The notes under the pieces are model-generated. The model did no database searches. It saw only the letters and a program-made list of their open reading frames with translations, and was not told where the DNA came from. From positions 1-19,941 of the IMG/VR virus record IMGVR_UViG_2534681836_000028: 19,941 bases of DNA. One strand, given 5' to 3'. Positions within the stretch are counted from its first letter, which is position 1. Each line of letters starts with the position of its first letter. This stretch comes from a virus (taxonomy: Duplodnaviria; Heunggongvirae; Uroviricota; Caudoviricetes). Of this stretch, positions 15,134 through 19,941 are shown piece after piece. A program made the translations under genes and the position numbers.

Positions 15134-15186
15134 TTTCTGGTGACGTTTGGCGGTATCAGTTTTACTCCGTGACTGCTCTGCCGCCG
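15134..15186 (+). ncRNA. dicF: DicF sRNA (antisense inhibitor of ftsZ translation)
   Basis: tttctggtgacgtttggcggtatcagttttactccgtgactgctctgccgccg matches the remembered 53-nt K-12 DicF nearly exactly; followed by a T-run; position between ydfB/C and dicB as in Qin. Confidence 0.75.
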
Positions 15187-15360
15187 TTTTTAAAGTGAAT
15201 TTTGTTATGCGGTGAATGCGGCTAAGCGCACGCGGAACAGTTAAAACCAAAAACAGTGTTATGGGTGGATTCTCTGTATCCGACGTTAATTGTTAACTGG
15301 TTAACGTCACCTGGAGGCACCAGGCACTGCATCACAAAATTTATTGTTGAGGACGCGATA

Positions 15361-15549
15361 ATGAAAACGTTATTACCAAACGTTAATACGTCTGAAGGTT
15401 GTTTTGAAATTGGTGTCACTATCAGTAACCCTGTATTTACTGAAGATGCCATTAACAAGAGAAAACAAGAACGGGAGCTATTAAATAAAATATGCATTGT
15501 TTCAATGCTGGCTCGTTTACGTCTGATGCCAAAAGGATGTGCACAATGA
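15361..15549 (+). CDS. dicB: DicB cell-division inhibitor, 62 aa
   Basis: ATG 15361 with GAGGA SD (track ORF starts upstream at GTG 15256); MKTLLPNVNTSEGCFEIGV...; size and sequence as DicB (recalled). Confidence 0.75.
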   Translation: MKTLLPNVNTSEGCFEIGVTISNPVFTEDAINKRKQERELLNKICIVSMLARLRLMPKGCAQ

Positions 15550-15737
15550 ATTCAGCATTTGCGCTTGTTCTGACAGTTTTTCTTGTTTCCGGAGTGCCAG
15601 TTGATATTGCAGTCAGTGTTCACAGGACAATGCAGGAGTGTATGACTGCAGCAACCGAACAGAAAATTCCCGGTAACTGTTACCCGGTCGATAAAGTTAT
15701 TAACCAGGATAATATCGAAATCCCGGCAGGTCTTTAA
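15546..15737 (+). CDS. ydfD: YdfD-like small membrane/lysis protein, 63 aa
   Basis: ATG 15546 overlapping the dicB stop (ATGA), AAGGATG SD; N-terminal hydrophobic helix FALVLTVFLVSGVPV. Confidence 0.65.
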   Translation: MNSAFALVLTVFLVSGVPVDIAVSVHRTMQECMTAATEQKIPGNCYPVDKVINQDNIEIPAGL

Positions 15738-15830
15738 AACAGTTCCGTAATAAATATCCGGTTTCATTCTTATATGCCAGCAATGGCAGGGATTTGTTCA
15801 TCCTTAAATCTGTCATGAGGTTAAAACAAA

Positions 15831-18302
15831 ATGAGTAAAGTCTTTATTTGCGCCGCTATTCCTGACGAACTGGCAACAAGGGAAGAAGGCGCTGTGGCTG
15901 TAGCCACAGCCATTGAAGCTGGCGACGAACGCCGTGCTCGAGCAAAATTTCACTGGCAATTCCTGGAACATTATCCGGCTGCTCAGGACTGCGCTTATAA
16001 ATTTATTGTCTGCGAGGATAAACCTGGCATACCCCGCCCTGCCCTCGATTCATGGGATGCTGAATATATGCAGGAAAACCGCTGGGATGAGGAGTCTGCT
16101 TCTTTTGTCCCGAATGAGACTGAATCCGATCCGATGAACGTCACTTTTGACAAGCTGGCCCCTGAAGTACAGAACGCTGTCATGGTTAAGTTCGACACAT
16201 GTGAAAACATCACCGTTGATATGGTTATTAGCGCACAGGAATTGTTGCAGGAAGACATGGCAACATTCGACGGACATATCGTTGAAGCGTTGATGAAAAT
16301 GCCAGAAGTTAACGCCATGTATCCGGAGCTTAAGTTGCACGCCATTGGGTGGGTTAAGCATAAATGTATTCCTGGTGCTAAATGGCCCGAAATTCAGGCA
16401 GAGATGCGCATCTGGAAAAAACGTCGCGAAGGTGAACGCAAGGAAACCGGAAAATACACGTCTGTTGTTGATCTCGCACGCGCCAGAGCCAATCAACCGT
16501 ACACTGAAAATTCAACAGGAAAAATCAGCCCGGTCATTGCTGCCATTCATCGCGAATACAAGCAGACATGGAAAACACTGGATGACGAACTGGCCTACGC
16601 TCTCTGGCCTGGTGATGTGGATGCCGGAAACATTGACGGCAGCATCCATCGCTGGGCAAAAAAAGAAGTTATCGACAACGACCGCGAAGACTGGAAGCGT
16701 ATCTCGGCATCAATGCGCAAACAGCCTGATGCCCTTCGCTACGACCGCCAGACTATTTTTGGCCTTGTCCGTGAGCGTCCGATCGACATTCACAAAGATC
16801 CCGTAGCACTGAACAAATATATCTGCGAATACCTGACGACAAAGGGCGTGTTTGAGAATGAAGAAACAGACCTGGGCACTGTTGATGTTCTCCAGTCATC
16901 AGAAACACAAACTGATGCAGTGGAAACTGAGGTATCTGATATCCCAAAAAATGAAACCGCGCCGGAAGCTGAACCATCTGTAGAGCGTGAGGGGCCGTTC
17001 TATTTCCTCTTCGCAGATAAGGACGGAGAAAAATACGGTCGCGCAAACAAACTTTCTGGTCTGGATAAGGCACTGGCTGCTGGCGCCACTGAAATCACAA
17101 AAGAAGAATATTTTGCCCGAAAAAATGGCACATACACGGGCTTACCGCAAAATGTAGATACCGCTGAAGATTCAGAACAACCAGAGCCGATAAAAGTTAC
17201 CGCTGACGAAGTAAACAAAATTATGCAGGCAGCCAATATCAGCCAGCCTGACGCTGATAAGTTGCTTGCTGCATCACGTGGTGAATTTGTTGAAGGGATT
17301 AGTGACCCGAATGATCCGAAATGGGTTAAGGGGATCCAGACCCGCGATTCTGTGAACCAGAACCAGCATGAATCGGAACGGAACTACCAAAAAGCGGAAC
17401 AAAACAGTCCAAATGCGTTACAAAACGAGCCAGTAACGAAACAGCCTGAACCAGTAGCGCAACAGGAAGTGGAAAAAGTCTGCACCGCCTGCGGTCAGAC
17501 CGGCGGCGGCAACTGCCCTGATTGTGGCGCGGTGATGGGCGACGCAACATACCAGGAAACATTCGATGAAGAGTATCAGGTTGAAGTTCAGGAAGATGAT
17601 CCGGAGGAAATGCAAGGCGCTGAACATCCACACAAGGAGAACACTGACGGCAATCAGCATCACGATAGCGATAATGAAACTGGCGAGACGGCAGATCACT
17701 CAATTAAGGTGAACGGTCATCACGAAATCACATCCACCAGCAGGACGTGTGACCATCTAATGATCGACCTTGAAACCATGGGAAAAAATCCTGATGCCCC
17801 GATCATCTCAATAGGTGCAATATTTTTCGATCCGCAAACCGGAGATATGGGACCGGAATTTAGTAAGACTATCGATCTGGAAACTGCTGGCGGAGTCATT
17901 GATCGGGACACCATTAAATGGTGGCTTAAGCAATCACGCGAAGCGCAATCTGCCATTATGACCGATGAAATCCCGTTAGATGATGCACTGTTACAATTGC
18001 GGGAATTTATCGACGAAAACTCCGGTGAATTTTTTGTTCAGGTTTGGGGAAATGGAGCCAACTTCGACAACACGATTTTGCGCCGTTCATACGAACGGCA
18101 GGGGATCCCCTGCCCGTGGCGTTACTACAACGATCGCGATGTACGCACAATCGTTGAGCTGGGGAAAGCCATAGACTTCGATGCCAGAACGGCTATTCCA
18201 TTCGAAGGTGAGCGCCATAATGCACTTGATGACGCCCGTTACCAGGCAAAATACGTTTCAGTTATCTGGCAAAAACTGATCCCGAGTCAGGCTGATTCTT
18301 AA
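15831..18302 (+). CDS. RecE-like (exodeoxyribonuclease VIII-like) protein with C-terminal DEDDh 3'-5' exonuclease domain, 823 aa
   Basis: ORF 15831-18302; central region (LLAASRGEFVEGISDPNDPKWVKGIQTRD ... CGQTGGGNCPDCGAVMGDATYQETFDEE) matches remembered Rac RecE; C-terminus carries Exo I (MIDLETMG), Exo II (WGNGANFDNTIL) and Exo III (HNALDDARYQAKY) motifs. Confidence 0.85.
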   Translation: MSKVFICAAIPDELATREEGAVAVATAIEAGDERRARAKFHWQFLEHYPAAQDCAYKFIVCEDKPGIPRPALDSWDAEYMQENRWDEESASFVPNETESDPMNVTFDKLAPEVQNAVMVKFDTCENITVDMVISAQELLQEDMATFDGHIVEALMKMPEVNAMYPELKLHAIGWVKHKCIPGAKWPEIQAEMRIWKKRREGERKETGKYTSVVDLARARANQPYTENSTGKISPVIAAIHREYKQTWKTLDDELAYALWPGDVDAGNIDGSIHRWAKKEVIDNDREDWKRISASMRKQPDALRYDRQTIFGLVRERPIDIHKDPVALNKYICEYLTTKGVFENEETDLGTVDVLQSSETQTDAVETEVSDIPKNETAPEAEPSVEREGPFYFLFADKDGEKYGRANKLSGLDKALAAGATEITKEEYFARKNGTYTGLPQNVDTAEDSEQPEPIKVTADEVNKIMQAANISQPDADKLLAASRGEFVEGISDPNDPKWVKGIQTRDSVNQNQHESERNYQKAEQNSPNALQNEPVTKQPEPVAQQEVEKVCTACGQTGGGNCPDCGAVMGDATYQETFDEEYQVEVQEDDPEEMQGAEHPHKENTDGNQHHDSDNETGETADHSIKVNGHHEITSTSRTCDHLMIDLETMGKNPDAPIISIGAIFFDPQTGDMGPEFSKTIDLETAGGVIDRDTIKWWLKQSREAQSAIMTDEIPLDDALLQLREFIDENSGEFFVQVWGNGANFDNTILRRSYERQGIPCPWRYYNDRDVRTIVELGKAIDFDARTAIPFEGERHNALDDARYQAKYVSVIWQKLIPSQADS

Positions 18303-18374
18303 TGTTCAACTGTCGCCGGTTGTGACTGGTATTCTGCAACCGGCGCTCGTCTGATGTAAGAGATAAAGAAATCG

Positions 18375-18626
18375 ATGAGCGAAGTAATCATGATTGTCTC
18401 TCCCGGCAAATGGGTATCCGAAGAGCAGTTAATTGCGCTGAAAGGAATAAAAAAAGGTACGTTAAAAAAGGCCCGGGAAAAATCGTTTATGGAAGGAAGG
18501 GAATATAAGCATGTCGCTCATGACGGTATGCCATGGGATAACAGTCCATGCTTTTACAACCTGGAAGAAATTGATCGCTGGATTGAGCGCCAGGCATCAG
18601 CGAGACCAAGACGTCATCTTACTTGA
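18375..18626 (+). CDS. Excisionase-like DNA-binding protein, 83 aa
   Basis: Small ORF immediately upstream of, and co-oriented with, the integrase; basic C-terminus. Confidence 0.6.
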   Translation: MSEVIMIVSPGKWVSEEQLIALKGIKKGTLKKAREKSFMEGREYKHVAHDGMPWDNSPCFYNLEEIDRWIERQASARPRRHLT

Positions 18627-18645
18627 CTAAAAGCCACACTAACTA

Positions 18646-19941
18646 ATGAGAGAAGTTGAAATGAAATATCCGACAGGCGTGGAAAACCATGGAGGGAAAT
18701 TACGTATCTGGTTTGTTTATAAAGGCGTAAGAGTCAGGGAAAATCTGGGGGTTCCTGACACAGCAAAAAACAGGCGCGTTGCAGGTGAACTACGCTCCTC
18801 TGTTTGTTACGCAATAAAAACTGGTGTTTTCGACTATGCAAAACAGTTTCCCTCCTCACGCAATCTGGAAAAATTTGGTGAGGCCCGACAAGATTTAACC
18901 ATAAAAGAACTGGCTGAAAAATTTCTGGCACTGAAAGAAACTGAAGTCGCCAAAACATCACTCAACACATACCGTGCCGTCATCAAAAATATCCTGAGCA
19001 TAATCGGTGAAAAAAATCTTGCCTCATCGATTAATAAAGAAAAATTACTGGAGGTTCGTAAAGAGTTACTGACTGGATACCAGATCCCCAAAAGTAACTA
19101 TATTGTTACACAACCAGGGAGATCGGCTGTAACTGTAAATAATTACATGACAAATCTTAACGCCGTGTTCCAGTTTGGTGTTGATAACGGTTACCTGGCA
19201 GATAATCCGTTTAAGGGGATCTCGCCATTAAAGGAATCAAGAACCATTCCGGATCCTCTTTCGCGGGAAGAATTTATCCGTCTTATCGATGCGTGCAGAA
19301 ATCAGCAAGCAAAAAATTTATGGTGTGTTTCTGTTTATACTGGCGTTCGCCCTGGTGAGCTGTGTGCACTTGGATGGGAGGACGTAGATCTGAAAAATGG
19401 AACAATGATGATCAGGAGAAATTTAGCAAAAGACCGTTTCACGGTACCAAAAACACAGGCGGGAACCAATCGGGTCATTCATCTTATTAAGCCAGCAATC
19501 GACGCTCTCCGGAGTCAGATGACATTAACGAGACTGAGCAAAGAGCATATCATTGATGTTCACCTCAGAGAGTATGGCAGAACAGAAAAACAAAAATGCA
19601 CCTTTGTTTTTCAACCTGAAGTGTCAGCGAGAGTAAAAAATTATGGTGACCATTTTACCGTTGACTCAATAAGGCAGATGTGGGACGCAGCGATAAAACG
19701 TGCCGGACTCCGCCATCGAAAATCATATCAGTCGAGACATACTTATGCCTGCTGGTCGCTGACAGCTGGTGCTAACCCGGCATTTATAGCAAACCAGATG
19801 GGCCATGCAGATGCGCAAATGGTATTTCAGGTATACGGAAAATGGATGTCTGAAAACAATAATGCACAGGTAGCTTTGTTAAATACACAGTTAAGCGAGT
19901 TTGCCCCAACCATGCCCCATAACGAAGCAATGAAAAATTAA
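18646..19941 (+). CDS. Phage tyrosine integrase (lambda-Int family with arm-binding N-domain), 431 aa
   Basis: ORF 18646-19941 (alternative ATG at 18661, MKYPTG...); conserved catalytic-domain residues (R in GVRPGELCAL, H in SRHTYA, later HADAQMVFQVYGKW with catalytic Y); ends at the window edge, so att must lie beyond. Confidence 0.9.
   Translation: MREVEMKYPTGVENHGGKLRIWFVYKGVRVRENLGVPDTAKNRRVAGELRSSVCYAIKTGVFDYAKQFPSSRNLEKFGEARQDLTIKELAEKFLALKETEVAKTSLNTYRAVIKNILSIIGEKNLASSINKEKLLEVRKELLTGYQIPKSNYIVTQPGRSAVTVNNYMTNLNAVFQFGVDNGYLADNPFKGISPLKESRTIPDPLSREEFIRLIDACRNQQAKNLWCVSVYTGVRPGELCALGWEDVDLKNGTMMIRRNLAKDRFTVPKTQAGTNRVIHLIKPAIDALRSQMTLTRLSKEHIIDVHLREYGRTEKQKCTFVFQPEVSARVKNYGDHFTVDSIRQMWDAAIKRAGLRHRKSYQSRHTYACWSLTAGANPAFIANQMGHADAQMVFQVYGKWMSENNNAQVALLNTQLSEFAPTMPHNEAMKN

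Larger units (their letters stand above)
4892..19941. mobile_element. Qin/Rac-like lambdoid prophage segment (int-proximal early region), interrupted by an IS plus cargo gene
   Basis: Gene order rem-hok-relEB-ydfV-flxA ... dicC-dicA-ydfA-ydfB/C-dicF-dicB-ydfD-exo-xis-int parallels K-12 Qin, with the replication module (ydaT-like, O-like with ori) retained; extends beyond the window. Confidence 0.6.

Noticed and set aside
15913-17956. Multiple ORFs on both strands inside the recE-like gene
   Set aside because: Embedded in a single 823-aa ORF with recognisable domain motifs.
18303-18374. Hairpin cgccggttg / caaccggcg (18314-18345) as a terminator or att core
   Set aside because: No U-tract on either side, and it lies upstream of xis rather than downstream of int; possibly regulatory, but no evidence of recombination-site repeats within the window.
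19900-19941. tRNA gene or attachment site at the int-distal window edge
   Set aside because: The window ends exactly at the integrase stop codon; no tRNA-like sequence is present inside the window.

Overview
Mosaic accessory region, read from sequence and the ORF track only (no database searches were possible). (1) 1-3.9 kb: a plasmid-type conjugation remnant (TraX-like, DotA/TraY-like polytopic membrane protein, ExcA-like exclusion candidate) plus an Hha-family gene; GC drops sharply from about nt 1800 to 4250. (2) 4.0-6.9 kb: a toxin-antitoxin-rich segment with a DinQ-like type I toxin and a putative AgrB-like antisense sRNA sharing a 36-nt direct repeat, then rem, hok, relE-relB with its relO operator, a ydfV-like ORF and flxA with a sigma-28-like promoter. 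(3) 7.0-11.2 kb: one IS (446-aa DDE transposase) next to a solitary 595-aa protein carrying a C-terminal HEPN-like Rx4HG motif; this is my top candidate for an undescribed defence or abortive-infection gene. (4) 11.3-19.9 kb: the early region of a Qin/Rac-like lambdoid prophage: O-like replication initiator with an internal iteron origin, YdaT-like gene, cro-like dicC, dicA repressor flanked by two TGTTAGA-N4-TCTAACA operators, ydfA, a ydfB/C-like ORF, DicF sRNA, dicB, ydfD, a RecE-like protein whose C-terminus is a DEDDh 3'-5' exonuclease domain, excisionase and tyrosine integrase. No CRISPR array, rRNA or tRNA was seen; the att site should lie beyond the window end. Gene names are from remembered E. 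coli K-12 Qin/Rac sequences and gene order; coordinates of small motifs may be off by 1-2 nt.
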